Below, one piece after another: positions 1 through 9,116 of a DNA stretch of 64,000 bases. The DNA is from an uncultured Coriobacteriia bacterium (GTDB taxonomy: Bacteria > Actinomycetota > Coriobacteriia > Anaerosomatales > PHET01): NCBI GenBank assembly GCA_942493275.1, contig OW818687.1:2369918-2433917 (forward strand), in the 5' to 3' direction. Under the pieces are notes generated by a model. The model did not search any database, was not told where the DNA came from, and saw nothing but the letters and a program-made list of their open reading frames with translations. The position numbers were made by a program, and so were the translations under genes. The stretch's first letter is position 1. The number at the start of each line of letters is the position of its first letter.

Positions 1-960
1 GGCGATGCCCTTGTTGTCGAGCTGCAGGAGCATGGCCTCGCCCTCGACGCCCTTGATCAGCAGGGATGCGATGTTGGGCAGGCGCGGCTCTCCCAAAGTG
101 GTGGGGTCGGTGTTCTCCAGCGCGGAGGTGACTCCTTCGATGAGGCGGTCGCGCAGGGCGGCCAGGCGCGGAACCTCGGTGTCGAACTCGGCGAGCATGA
201 TCTCGAGCGCCGTCGCGAAGCCAACCGCGCCGGGGACGTTTTGCGTGCCCGAACGCTTCTTGAACTCCTGACCGCCGCCCTTGAGCAGCGGCTCGAAACG
301 CGTGCCCCGCTTGAGGTACAGAACGCCGACGCCCTTGGGACCGTAGATCTTGTGACCCGAGAAGGAGGCAGCGTCCACGCCGAGCGCGACGACGTCAACC
401 GGCGCCTTGCCCAGAGTCTGTGCGGCGTCGGTGTGCATGAGTGCGCCGCCCTCGTGGGCGATGCGGGAGAACTCGGCGATGTCTTGGAGCGTGCCGACCT
501 CGTTGTTGCCATGCATGATCGACACGAGCTTGGTGTTGGGCTTCATCGCCGCCGCGAGGTCGTCCGGATGGATGTGCCCGGTCGTACGCGGCTTGAGGTA
601 GGTGACCTCGTGGCCCTGCTTCTCGAGCCAGTGGGCCGGCTCGAGGATCGCGTGATGCTCGAACGCCGAGACAATGAGGTGCCCTCCGCCATCGGGGGCC
701 ACGCGCTGCATGATGCCGAGAAGCGCCGCGTTGTCCGACTCGGTGCCGCATCCGGTGAACAGAACCTCGTTGGCGTCCTTTGCCCCGATGCCTTTGGCGA
801 CCCGCTCGCGGGCGTCTTCGAGCGCGCGATATCCGTCACGCCCGAGCGAGTAGAGCGAGTTGGGGTTGCCGAACCGCTCGGTGAAGAACGGCAGCATGGC
901 CTCGACGACCCGCTCGTCGGTGGGCGTGGTGGCCGCGTAGTCCAGATAGATGGTGTCCAT
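1..960 (-). CDS. Cysteine desulfurase, class V PLP aminotransferase (NifS/IscS-like); C-terminus runs off the window start
   Basis: Absent from the ORF track because it has no stop in the window. Hand translation of the reverse strand gives MDTIYLDYAATTPTDERVVE (901-960), AMLPFFTERFGNPNSLYSLG (841-900) and SGHKIYGPKGVGVLYLKRGT (301-360, PLP-lysine motif). The + ORF 241..1026 is its antisense shadow. It lies directly downstream of an Rrf2 regulator. Confidence 0.85.
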   Translation of the reverse strand, partial: MDTIYLDYAATTPTDERVVEAMLPFFTERFGNPNSLYSLGRDGYRALEDARERVAKGIGAKDANEVLFTGCGTESDNAALLGIMQRVAPDGGGHLIVSAFEHHAILEPAHWLEKQGHEVTYLKPRTTGHIHPDDLAAAMKPNTKLVSIMHGNNEVGTLQDIAEFSRIAHEGGALMHTDAAQTLGKAPVDVVALGVDAASFSGHKIYGPKGVGVLYLKRGTRFEPLLKGGGQEFKKRSGTQNVPGAVGFATALEIMLAEFDTEVPRLAALRDRLIEGVTSALENTDPTTLGEPRLPNIASLLIKGVEGEAMLLQLDNKGIA

Positions 961-974
961 GGAGTGTATCTCCC

Positions 975-1412
975 CTATCCCTCGGCGGTTTGCCGGTCGA
1001 ACTTCTGTTGTGTACCCGCAAGCTGAGCGAGGCTCGTGGACGAGAAGACCTCGCGAAGTGCCACGGTCGCCTTGGCCCACACCGGAGCGGCAGCGCATGA
1101 GCCGGCTTGGATGCAGCCTTCCCCGCGCTCGCTTTCGCACATGCTTGACATCAGAGGACCCTCGAGAGCCTCGACGACGTCGAGGACGCTGATGGCCTCC
1201 GGATCCCTGGCAAGAACGAACCCGCCTTTGGCGCCGCGCACCGCTGTGACGAGTTCGGCTCGACGCAGCGACACGAGCAGTTGCTCAAGGAAACGGACCG
1301 GAACCGCGCGCCGCTCGGCGATCTCTCGAGCGCTGACCGGACCTGTGCCGAAGTTGCACGCGAGGTCGATCATGGCCAGCACTCCGTACTCACTCTTGGC
1401 CGTCAACCGCAC
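975..1412 (-). CDS. Rrf2-family transcriptional regulator (IscR/CymR-like)
   Basis: 145 aa. The N-terminus MRLTAKSEYGVLAMIDLA...PVSAREIAERRAVPVRFLEQLLVSLRRAELV is a typical Rrf2 winged helix. A Cys-rich stretch MCESERGEGCIQAGSC could bind an Fe-S cluster. GTG start at 1412 with GAGGTGA 6 nt upstream. Confidence 0.85.
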   Translation of the reverse strand: MRLTAKSEYGVLAMIDLACNFGTGPVSAREIAERRAVPVRFLEQLLVSLRRAELVTAVRGAKGGFVLARDPEAISVLDVVEALEGPLMSSMCESERGEGCIQAGSCAAAPVWAKATVALREVFSSTSLAQLAGTQQKFDRQTAEG

Positions 1413-1452
1413 GCTGTATCACCTCAATCACGACTTATTAGGTAGTGATTGC

Positions 1453-1480
1453 ATATTACCCCGCGAAGAGCCTGTGTCAA
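1453..1480 (-). promoter_or_regulatory. Putative sigma-70-type promoter of the Rrf2/cysteine desulfurase operon
   Basis: The reverse strand reads TTGACA (1480-1475), 16 nt, TAATAT (1458-1453), about 40 nt upstream of the GTG start. Near-consensus hexamers stand out against the GC-rich background. Confidence 0.5.
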
Positions 1481-1726
1481 CAGGCCGGGCCGGAACCTCT
1501 CAAAATCGGTCCGTCGCTCGAATTCGACCGCTCGACACCGCGGACCCGCCGCTTGGAGCGTGGCTCGCGCATTTCGCCGAAACGAACACCTGTCCGATTG
1601 TTTCGCAGCAAGGTGGTGGTTACGATGGGCATCCGCCCTATGGGGCGGGCACGACTGGGGGATACGGGTCCATGGTTGACAGTCACAGGGTGGCGAGAAC
1701 CCACTGGATCTTTCCCAGCCACACAC

Positions 1727-1759
1727 GAGGCCCCGACCGCATCAGGCGACCGGGGCCTC
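1727..1759 (-). terminator. GC-rich hairpin downstream of ribH (putative rib operon terminator)
   Basis: GAGGCCCCG (1727-1735) pairs with CGGGGCCTC (1751-1759), with inner CGC/GCG pairs. It lies about 20 nt after the ribH stop. There is no clear U-tract on the minus strand. Confidence 0.45.
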
Positions 1760-1779
1760 GGTTTGTTCCCTGAAGCTCG

Positions 1780-2241
1780 CTAGAGCGACTTCATGAGACT
1801 CGCCATCTCGAGCGCACCCATCGCCGCTTCCCAGCCCTTGTTGCCCGCCTTGGTGCCGGCGCGCTCCACCGCCTGCTCAATGGTGTCTGCCGTGATCACA
1901 CCGAAGAGAACCGGCACACCGGAGTCGAGCGACGCCTTGGCCACGCCCTTGGAGACCTCGGAGGCGACGAACTCGAAGTGCGGGGTGCCGCCGCGGATGA
2001 CCACGCCCAGAGCGATGACCGCGTCGTAACGACCGCTGCCGGCGAGCTTGCGAGCGACCAGCGGAATCTCAAACGCTCCCGGCACCCAGGCCACGTCGAC
2101 GTCGTCGGCCTCAACGCCGTGTCGCAGGAGCGCATCCTGCGCGCCCGAGAGCAGGCGCGATCCGAGCAGGTCGTTGAAACGGCTCACGACGATTCCGACC
2201 TTGAGGTCTTTTCCAATGAGGTTTCCTTCGAATACGGTCAT
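1780..2241 (-). CDS. ribH: 6,7-dimethyl-8-ribityllumazine synthase
   Basis: 153 aa, with [12 protein letters not shown]...[17 protein letters not shown]...[12 protein letters not shown] typical of lumazine synthase. Last gene of the rib operon. Confidence 0.95.
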   Translation of the reverse strand: MTVFEGNLIGKDLKVGIVVSRFNDLLGSRLLSGAQDALLRHGVEADDVDVAWVPGAFEIPLVARKLAGSGRYDAVIALGVVIRGGTPHFEFVASEVSKGVAKASLDSGVPVLFGVITADTIEQAVERAGTKAGNKGWEAAMGALEMASLMKSL

Positions 2242-3494
2242 CAGTCGTTCCCTTCATTCTCGGGCGCGTTATCGGGGAGATTGAGCGTGTGCGCCATCTT
2301 GTCCTTCTTCGTGCGCAGGTAAGCGTAGTTCGCAGGGCACGACGGGACCTCGAGCCCCACCTGCTCGGTCACCTTCAGGCCGTAGCCCTCGAGGCCGACG
2401 ATCTTGCGCGGGTTGTTGGTGAGCAGCCTGATGGACTTCAGTCCCAAGTCCACGAGTATCTGAGCGCCGATGCCGTAGTCGCGCAGGTCGGCCGGGAAGC
2501 CCAGAGCCTCGTTCGCCTCGACGGTATCGGCACCCTGCTCCTGGAGCTGGTAGGCCCGAAGCTTGTTGGCGAGGCCGATTCCTCGACCCTCGTGGCCGAC
2601 GATGTAGAGGATCACGCCGGCGCCCTCGTCCTGTACGCGCTTCATCGCCTCTTCGAGCTGGGCGCCGCAGTCGCAGCGCAGGCTGTGGAAGACGTCGCCG
2701 GTCAGGCACTCGGAGTGCACGCGCACGAGGACGTCGCCTTTTCCTGCCACGTCGCCGACGACCAGCGCCATATGTGTGCGACCGTCGACCTCGCTCTCGT
2801 AGCCGATGCCGCGAAAGACCCCGAAGCGGGTTGGCAGCGTGACTTCGGGTCCACGCTCGATCAGCTTCTCGGTTCTGCGGCGGTAGCGGATCAGGTCGGC
2901 CACGGTGATCATCTTCAGGCCGTGCTCGGCGGCGAAGCGCTCGAGCTCGGGGCGGCGCGCCATGGAGCCGTCAGGGCTGATGATCTCGCAAATGACGCCC
3001 GCGGGAGTGAGCCCCGCGAGTCTGGAGAGGTCGACGGCCGCCTCGGTGTGGCCTGCCCGCTCCAGCACTCCGCCGGGGCGCGCCCTGAGCGGGAACACGT
3101 GACCGGGCATGGAGATGTCTTCGGGAGCGGTCGACGGGTCAATGGCGGCGAGCACTGTGTTGCAGCGGTCAGCCGGCGAGATGCCGGTGGTGATCTTGCC
3201 CTTGGCACCGATGGACACGTGGAATGCGGTGCCCTGCTCGGAGGTGTTGGTCTCAGTCATGGGCGGGATCTTGAGCGTGTCGAGCCGATCACCGGTGAGA
3301 GGGAGACACACCAGACCGCGCCCGTAGGTGATCATGAAGTTGACCGCCTCCGGCGTGGCCTTCTCGGCGGCCATGACGAGGTCGCCCTCGTTCTCCCGGT
3401 CCTCGTCGTCGACGACCACGAGCATGCGGCCGGCGGCAATCTCGGCGATGCCTTCTTCGATGGTGGCGAAGGGTGACTTGTTGGGTTCGGTCAT
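2241..3494 (-). CDS. ribBA: Bifunctional 3,4-dihydroxy-2-butanone-4-phosphate synthase / GTP cyclohydrolase II
   Basis: 417 aa. N-terminal DHBP synthase motifs ([20 protein letters not shown]) and a C-terminal GCH-II region ([21 protein letters not shown]). Confidence 0.95.
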   Translation of the reverse strand: MTEPNKSPFATIEEGIAEIAAGRMLVVVDDEDRENEGDLVMAAEKATPEAVNFMITYGRGLVCLPLTGDRLDTLKIPPMTETNTSEQGTAFHVSIGAKGKITTGISPADRCNTVLAAIDPSTAPEDISMPGHVFPLRARPGGVLERAGHTEAAVDLSRLAGLTPAGVICEIISPDGSMARRPELERFAAEHGLKMITVADLIRYRRRTEKLIERGPEVTLPTRFGVFRGIGYESEVDGRTHMALVVGDVAGKGDVLVRVHSECLTGDVFHSLRCDCGAQLEEAMKRVQDEGAGVILYIVGHEGRGIGLANKLRAYQLQEQGADTVEANEALGFPADLRDYGIGAQILVDLGLKSIRLLTNNPRKIVGLEGYGLKVTEQVGLEVPSCPANYAYLRTKKDKMAHTLNLPDNAPENEGND

Positions 3495-3497
3495 GGG

Positions 3498-4163
3498 CTA
3501 GCTACCCTCCGCGAATTCGCGCAGCATGTCGCCGAGGCCCCGCTTGGATGACGAGCCGGACTCCTCTGCGCCTGAGTACAGGCCCACGAAGCGCCTGACG
3601 TACTTGGCCATCATGTCGATCTCGACGTTGACCGGGGCACCGATCGCCTTCTCCCTGAGCGTGGTGATCTCCTCGGTGTGAGGAACCACCGCGGACGCGA
3701 ACGACTCACCCCGGATCTGGGCGACAGTGAGCGAGATGCCGTCGATGGCGACCGACCCCTTGGGAACGATGTACTCCATGAGGTCCCCGGGCACCTGGAA
3801 CTGGTAGACCGTGCTGTTCCCCGCCGCGTGGCGCAGCAGCAGTCGGCCGATGCCGTCCACGTGGCCGCTCACGAGGTGCCCGCCGAGCCTGTCCGAGAGG
3901 CGCAGCGCGCGCTCGAGGTTGACCTTCTGGCCCTGGGTCACGCCTGCGAGCGTCGTCTTACCCAGCGTCTCCTCGCTCACGTCGGCGACGAACGCACCAC
4001 GGATGAACTTGGCGACGGTGAGACACGAGCCGTCGACGGCAATCGAGTCACCGATGGCCATGTCGCGACCGAACTCCGGGGCGTAGATCTCGAGCTGGGC
4101 GCCGCCGGCGACCCGGTCGATGCGCGTGATGATGCCCTGGGTCTCGATGAGTCCGGTGAACAT
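3498..4163 (-). CDS. ribE: Riboflavin synthase, alpha subunit
   Basis: 221 aa. Starts MFTGLIETQG with the internal duplicated lumazine-binding repeat (GDSIAVDGSCLTV / GSVAIDGISLTV). Confidence 0.95.
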   Translation of the reverse strand: MFTGLIETQGIITRIDRVAGGAQLEIYAPEFGRDMAIGDSIAVDGSCLTVAKFIRGAFVADVSEETLGKTTLAGVTQGQKVNLERALRLSDRLGGHLVSGHVDGIGRLLLRHAAGNSTVYQFQVPGDLMEYIVPKGSVAIDGISLTVAQIRGESFASAVVPHTEEITTLREKAIGAPVNVEIDMMAKYVRRFVGLYSGAEESGSSSKRGLGDMLREFAEGS

Positions 4164-5293
4164 CAGCTTCCTTTCCTCTCGACGTCCGGAGCCTCTTCGC
4201 GAGGCCGCCAGACGGTTACTGACACGTCTCCTACGATACCCGTATCAACGGGGCTGAACAGGTGTACGAGGCTCTCGCCCACCGAGTCTCCATCGCCTGC
4301 GAACAGCGACAAGGCGCCGTCGCCCGCCATCCCGCCGGCCGTCACCACGATCAGCTCGTCGACCAGTCCTTCGCGCCACAACGCGGACAACAAGGTGGGC
4401 CCCGCCTCCACGAGCACGGTTCCCACTCCCCTGTCGCCGAGCACTCTCAGCGCGCCCGACAACCCCGCCGCGGCGTCATAGTGCGCGACCTGGACGCCGT
4501 TAGGGGCCTCAACGCCCTCCGGCAGCACGACGAGTGTGGGTGCGGCTCCGTCGGACAGCACCCTCGCGTCCGCAGGCGGAGCCGCACTTCGGCCGAGCAC
4601 GATGCGGAGCGGTTGGTTCTCGGCGGCCGTGCCGTCGGCGTCGCGCACGGTGAGTGCGGGATCATCGGCCAGCACGGTCGAGACGCCGACCATGACCGCA
4701 TCCGCCTGAGAGCGCAGCCGAGCGGTGACCTGCGAGCCGGACGGACCCGTCATCGACGAGCGGTGGCCGGGCTCAAGGGCGATGCAGCCGTCGAGCGAGA
4801 CACCTACCTTCACCGAGACGAAGGGGGTGCCGGTGGCCATACGCTTCAGCCAGCCCTCGTTGATCTCGGCGAACGGGGACGGATCGGAGGCGAACTCGAC
4901 CTCAATACCGGCGGCGCGCAGCGCGTGAGCACCCCCGCCGGCCTCGGGGTTGGGATCGGCCATGCCGATGACGACGCGGCTGACGCCGGAGGCTATCAGG
5001 GCATCGGTGCAGGGTGGCGTGCGTCCGTGATGCCGGCAGGGCTCGAGGGTGACGTAGACGTCGGCACCAGCCGCCGCCTCGCCCGCATCGGCGAGCGCGA
5101 ACACCTCGGCGTGCGGCTGGCCGGCGCGCGGGTGGAACCCCTCGCCCACGATGCGGCCGTCGCGGACGACGACGCAGCCGACGAGCGGATTGGGCCACGC
5201 GGAACCGCGGGCGCGGCACGCCAAAGCGAGCGCATGGCGCAGGAACGGGTCCTCGACCCGGGATGCGCTGTCCGAGAACAGCCGCAAGGGCAA
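4163..5293 (-). CDS. ribD: Bifunctional diaminohydroxyphosphoribosylaminopyrimidine deaminase / 5-amino-6-(5-phosphoribosylamino)uracil reductase
   Basis: 376 aa. Deaminase motifs PNPLVGCVVV, HAEVFAL and TLEPCRHHGRTPPC, then a reductase domain. Start is TTG at 5293 or, better spaced from the GGAAGG Shine-Dalgarno, the in-frame TTG at 5287. Confidence 0.9.
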   Translation of the reverse strand: MPLRLFSDSASRVEDPFLRHALALACRARGSAWPNPLVGCVVVRDGRIVGEGFHPRAGQPHAEVFALADAGEAAAGADVYVTLEPCRHHGRTPPCTDALIASGVSRVVIGMADPNPEAGGGAHALRAAGIEVEFASDPSPFAEINEGWLKRMATGTPFVSVKVGVSLDGCIALEPGHRSSMTGPSGSQVTARLRSQADAVMVGVSTVLADDPALTVRDADGTAAENQPLRIVLGRSAAPPADARVLSDGAAPTLVVLPEGVEAPNGVQVAHYDAAAGLSGALRVLGDRGVGTVLVEAGPTLLSALWREGLVDELIVVTAGGMAGDGALSLFAGDGDSVGESLVHLFSPVDTGIVGDVSVTVWRPREEAPDVERKGS

Positions 5294-5296
5294 AAC

Positions 5297-5410
5297 CTTC
5301 CTTCTCTCGTCCGGACTATACCGTCGGCTCCGGAGTCACACCGGATCGGCCCCTCTCGGGGTTCGCGGGCTGTACCGCCGGTGGGGAATCTCACCCCGCC
5401 CTGAAGAAAG
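5297..5410 (-). promoter_or_regulatory. FMN riboswitch (RFN element) in the ribD leader
   Basis: The reverse strand reads CTTTCTTCAGGGCGGGGTGAGATTCCCCACCGGCGGTACAGCCCGCGAACC...GATCCGGTGTGACTCCGGAGCCGACGGTATAGTCCGGACGAGAGAAGGAAG. This matches the conserved RFN core segments (GGGTGA-ATTCCC-ACCGGCGGT and GCCGACGGTATAGTCCGGA). P1 pairs CUUUCUUC with GAAGGAAG. Confidence 0.9.
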
Positions 5411-5420
5411 CAGTGCAATT

Positions 5421-6104
5421 CTAGCAGGCTGCGGCGGCTCCTGCCGCTGCAGCGGCGCGGATGCGCTCGATGGCCGCTTTGGGATCCGGCTCGCCGAACA
5501 CGGCGTTGCCGGCAACGAGGACGTTGGCGCCCGCCGCTGCCACGAGCGGGGCGGTCTCAACGTTTATGCCGCCGTCGACCTGGATGAGCGGGTTCACGCC
5601 GAGCTTATCGGCCATCCATGAGATCTCGGCGACCTTCTCGATACTCCGCTCGATGAACGCCTGTCCGCCAAAGCCCGGGTTGACACTCATCACGAGGATC
5701 ATATCGACCATCTCGAGGACCTCGACGAGCGTGTCGACAGACGTGCCCGGGTTCAATGAGACGGCCGGAGAGGCTCCGGCCTCGCGAATACGAGTCAACG
5801 TGCGGTGTATGTGCGGAGATGCCTCTACGTGGACCGTGAGGCTGTCTGCGCCCGCATCCAGGTACCAATCGACGACCGAATCGGCGTTGTCGATCATGAG
5901 ATGCACGTCGAGCGGAATCGTTGCCACCCGCTTGAGGGCCTTCACGACCGGCGGGCCGATGGTGAGATTCGGGACGAAATGCCCGTCCATGACGTCGACG
6001 TGGACGTAGTCGGCGCCGCCCTCTTCGATCATGCGGACCGCGTCTCCCAGCGACGCGAAGTCGGCCGAGAGGATCGAGGGGGCCATCAGAATACGGTCGG
6101 TCAT
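5421..6104 (-). CDS. rpe: Ribulose-phosphate 3-epimerase
   Basis: 227 aa, with APSILSADFASLG...HVDVMDGHFVPNLTIGP...DGGI motifs. Confidence 0.95.
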   Translation of the reverse strand: MTDRILMAPSILSADFASLGDAVRMIEEGGADYVHVDVMDGHFVPNLTIGPPVVKALKRVATIPLDVHLMIDNADSVVDWYLDAGADSLTVHVEASPHIHRTLTRIREAGASPAVSLNPGTSVDTLVEVLEMVDMILVMSVNPGFGGQAFIERSIEKVAEISWMADKLGVNPLIQVDGGINVETAPLVAAAGANVLVAGNAVFGEPDPKAAIERIRAAAAAGAAAAC

Positions 6105-6117
6105 CTCGGTCTCCGGT

Positions 6118-7134
6118 CTAGTCGCTGACGAGCCCCATGCCGTGCAGTTCGTCGCGCGCCTCGCGACCCATGAGGGTGGCTCCGGCGATGCGCGGGTCCA
6201 TTCCTTCGTACAGGACGTGCTTCACCATGTGGGTGATGGGGAGCTCGACGCCTTCGCGCTCGCCCAGCGCAGCCACCGACAGACACGCGACCGCGCCTTC
6301 GGCGACCATGTGCGTCTTGTCGTAGAAGTCCTGCATCGTGCCGCCCTCGGCGACCAACTGGCCGAGGCCGCGGTTGCGCGAGTGGCGACTCGTGCACGTG
6401 ACGATGAGGTCTCCCATGCCGGCAAGTCCCATATAGGTGAGCGGATTGGCGCCGAGCGTCTTGCCCAGCCGGCTCATCTCGGCGAGCCCGCGCGTCATCA
6501 GGGTGGCTTTGGTGTTGTCGCCGTAGCCGAGGCCATCGCACATGCCCGACGCGATCGCGACCACATTCTTGCTCGCGCCGCACAACTCAACACCCACTAC
6601 GTCGGGGTTGGTGTACACGCGAAAGAACGGCGTCATGAACGCGTCCTGGAACAACTCGCCCACCGGCTCGTGATACGCCGCGACGACCGTTGCGGACGGG
6701 ACGCCCTTGCTGACTTCCTCGGCATGGTTGGGACCGGACAGGCCAGCGATTCTGTTTCGGTTGCCGAGAACGTCTTCGAGCACCTCGGTCATGAGGAAGA
6801 GGGTGTCTTGCTCAACGCCCTTGGAGAGGATGACGACCGGAGTGTCCTTGCCGAGCGCCGGCTTCATCGCCTCGGCTGTGGAGCGCACGCCCATGCTCGG
6901 CGTGACCATGACGACCGCCTCGGCGCCCTGAAGCGCTTCCTCGACGTCGGTCGAAGCGAACACGCTCTCGGGCAGGACGACCTCGGGCAGATACATGCAG
7001 TTGCGATGCTCGGCGTTCACGCATTCGGCGATCTCGGCCTCACGCGCCCACAGTCGGACGTCGTGGCCCTTGCCTCCGAGCAGCCACGAGACCGCGGTTC
7101 CCCACGAGCCGGCACCAATGACAGATATGCGCAC
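6118..7134 (-). CDS. gpsA: NAD(P)H-dependent glycerol-3-phosphate dehydrogenase
   Basis: 338 aa. N-terminal ISVIGAGSWGTA Rossmann motif and GpsA-type C-terminal domain; adjacent to plsY. Confidence 0.93.
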   Translation of the reverse strand: MRISVIGAGSWGTAVSWLLGGKGHDVRLWAREAEIAECVNAEHRNCMYLPEVVLPESVFASTDVEEALQGAEAVVMVTPSMGVRSTAEAMKPALGKDTPVVILSKGVEQDTLFLMTEVLEDVLGNRNRIAGLSGPNHAEEVSKGVPSATVVAAYHEPVGELFQDAFMTPFFRVYTNPDVVGVELCGASKNVVAIASGMCDGLGYGDNTKATLMTRGLAEMSRLGKTLGANPLTYMGLAGMGDLIVTCTSRHSRNRGLGQLVAEGGTMQDFYDKTHMVAEGAVACLSVAALGEREGVELPITHMVKHVLYEGMDPRIAGATLMGREARDELHGMGLVSD

Positions 7135-7800
7135 CTACTCGCCGCCCTTCCCCTTGGTCGCGTCCCCTCTTCGGCTCAACGATACCCTATTCTCCTCGCC
7201 GCGGACGATGCGCACCATGTTGGCGCGGTGACGCCACAAGACGAGCGCGGCAAGGCCGAAGACCGCGACTGTGAGCGGAACATCGCCCGGGTAGAACTTC
7301 AGCACGAGCAGCGGATAGACGAGCGCGGCCACTATGGAGGCGAGCGACACCATCCGGGTCGAGACGACCACGGCGGCGAACAGCAGCAACTCAATCGTGG
7401 CAACGAGCGGGGTCAGCACGAACAGCGCGCCTGCGGAGGTCGCGACCCCCTTACCGCCCTTGAACCTGATGTAGGGCGAGTACGAATGACCGAGAACGGC
7501 GGCGGCCATGGCGAGCACGCGAGTCCACTCCCACACCAGGTGCGAGGGCTCGGTGGGTACGACGACCATGGCCAGAAACACGGCGGCCGATCCCTTGGCG
7601 GCGTCGAGCAGCAGGGTCGCGACGGCGGCGCGCGCTCCCAACAGCCTGAAGACGTTGGTGGCGCCCAGGTTTCCTGACCCGTGTGTGCGCGGGTCGATGT
7701 CGTAGAAGCGCTTGCCGATGATGAGAGCCCACGGAATACCGCCGAGCAGATACGCGGCTATAAGGGCCCCCGCACAGCGGAGCGCCACATCGGGCGACAC
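7135..7800 (-). CDS. plsY: Glycerol-3-phosphate acyltransferase PlsY
   Basis: 221 aa polytopic membrane protein with GSGNLGATNVFR and FKGGKGVAT motifs. Confidence 0.93.
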   Translation of the reverse strand: MSPDVALRCAGALIAAYLLGGIPWALIIGKRFYDIDPRTHGSGNLGATNVFRLLGARAAVATLLLDAAKGSAAVFLAMVVVPTEPSHLVWEWTRVLAMAAAVLGHSYSPYIRFKGGKGVATSAGALFVLTPLVATIELLLFAAVVVSTRMVSLASIVAALVYPLLVLKFYPGDVPLTVAVFGLAALVLWRHRANMVRIVRGEENRVSLSRRGDATKGKGGE

Positions 7801-7801
7801 G

Positions 7802-9109
7802 CTAGTCCTTCTTCCTGAACTTCAGCATGATCGGCGTGCCCTCGAAGTCGAACCTCTCACGCAAACGGTTCTCGACGTAGCGACGGAAGTTGTCGTCGAT
7901 GAGCGTCGGGTGGTTTGCGAAGAAGGTGAAGCCGGGAGGCGCGACGCGCGTCTGCGTGACGTAGTGCATCTTGAGGGTCTTGCCGTGCTTGTTGACGGTG
8001 TGACCGAAGTCGCGCATCTCGGTGAGGAGCTTGTTGAGCTGGCTCGTGGAGATCTCGCGCATGTAGTTGCCGTAAGCGGTGTCGACCGCGTCCCAGATCC
8101 GGTGGACGCCGCGACCGGTGAGAGCGCTGATACGCAGCACCGGGGCGTAGCCGACGAACATGAGCCGCTCGCCGACACGGTTGAGAAGCCACTCGCGAGC
8201 GTCCTCATCGGTCATCTCGTCCCACTTGTTGAGAAGGATGATCATGGCGCAGCCCCGCTCCTCGGCGAAACGAGCGATGCGCTGGTCCTGGTCGGTGAGG
8301 CCGATGGTCGAGTCGATGACGAGCAGCGCGACGTGCGCGCGGTCGATGGCCCTCATCGCGCGAACGAAGCCGTAGTACTCGACGTCCTCATCGATGAGCG
8401 ACTTGCGGCGGATGCCCGCCGTGTCGACGAGCCGGTACTTCGACTCCCCACGCTCCACGAGGGTGTCGATCGCGTCGCGAGTCGTGCCCGCGATCTCCGA
8501 GACGATCGCACGCTCCTTACCGGCCAGCTGGTTGAGCAGCGATGACTTGCCGGCGTTGGGGCGACCGATGATGGCGACGTCGATGATGCCGGTCTCAACC
8601 TCGGGCTCGACATCCGGAAGCACCTTGACGATCTCGTCGAGGAGGTCGCCCGTGCCATTGCCGTGCGTGGCCGAGACAGGCCACGGGGTGCCGAGTCCAA
8701 GGCCGTAGAAGTCGTACGTCTCGGTCTCCGAGCCGGGGGTGTCCACCTTGTTGACGGCGAGGAAGACCGGTCGGTCGGCGCGCTTGAGGATCTTTGCGAC
8801 CTCCTCGTCGTCGGCGACGAGTCCTGCCTTGCCGTCCACGAGCAGGACGATGGCGTCGGCCTCCTCGGCGGCCATCATGGCCTGCGAACGGATCGACACC
8901 TGGAAGTCATCGGTGGAGCCGGCTTCGATGCCGCCGGTATCGATGAGCAGGAAGTCGACGCCGTTCCAGTCGGCGCGGTGGTAGCTGCGATCGCGCGTGA
9001 CGCCGCGCGCCTCGTGAACGATGGCGTCGGCGACCTGAGTTATGCGGTTGACGAAGGTCGATTTCCCCACGTTGGGGCGACCGACGACTGCGACGATAGG
9101 AAGCGCCAT
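7802..9109 (-). CDS. der: Ribosome-associated GTPase Der (EngA), two tandem GTPase domains plus KH-like domain
   Basis: Two G1 motifs (GRPNVGKST, GRPNAGKSS). The ORF-track start at 9211 would overlap the upstream gene. ATG at 9109 gives MALPIVAVVGRPNVGKS and sits just after the upstream stop at 9117. Confidence 0.93.
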   Translation of the reverse strand: MALPIVAVVGRPNVGKSTFVNRITQVADAIVHEARGVTRDRSYHRADWNGVDFLLIDTGGIEAGSTDDFQVSIRSQAMMAAEEADAIVLLVDGKAGLVADDEEVAKILKRADRPVFLAVNKVDTPGSETETYDFYGLGLGTPWPVSATHGNGTGDLLDEIVKVLPDVEPEVETGIIDVAIIGRPNAGKSSLLNQLAGKERAIVSEIAGTTRDAIDTLVERGESKYRLVDTAGIRRKSLIDEDVEYYGFVRAMRAIDRAHVALLVIDSTIGLTDQDQRIARFAEERGCAMIILLNKWDEMTDEDAREWLLNRVGERLMFVGYAPVLRISALTGRGVHRIWDAVDTAYGNYMREISTSQLNKLLTEMRDFGHTVNKHGKTLKMHYVTQTRVAPPGFTFFANHPTLIDDNFRRYVENRLRERFDFEGTPIMLKFRKKD

Positions 9110-9116
9110 GGGCGCG

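Noticed and set aside
241-1026. 261-aa plus-strand ORF at the window start
   Set aside because: It is antisense to a clearly recognisable cysteine desulfurase read on the minus strand (MDTIYLDYAATTP..., SGHKIYGPKG). Its own translation is Arg/Gly/Val/Leu-rich with no recognisable motif, a typical high-GC shadow ORF.
1481-1726. tmRNA, SRP RNA or cobalamin riboswitch in the long ribH-Rrf2 spacer
   Set aside because: There is no tRNA-like acceptor/T-arm with a CCA end. There is no SRP domain IV motif (GGAA tetraloop context with AGCA/GGUCC elements). The only loose resemblance to a B12 box is CCCACTGG. The segment is kept only as an unassigned region.
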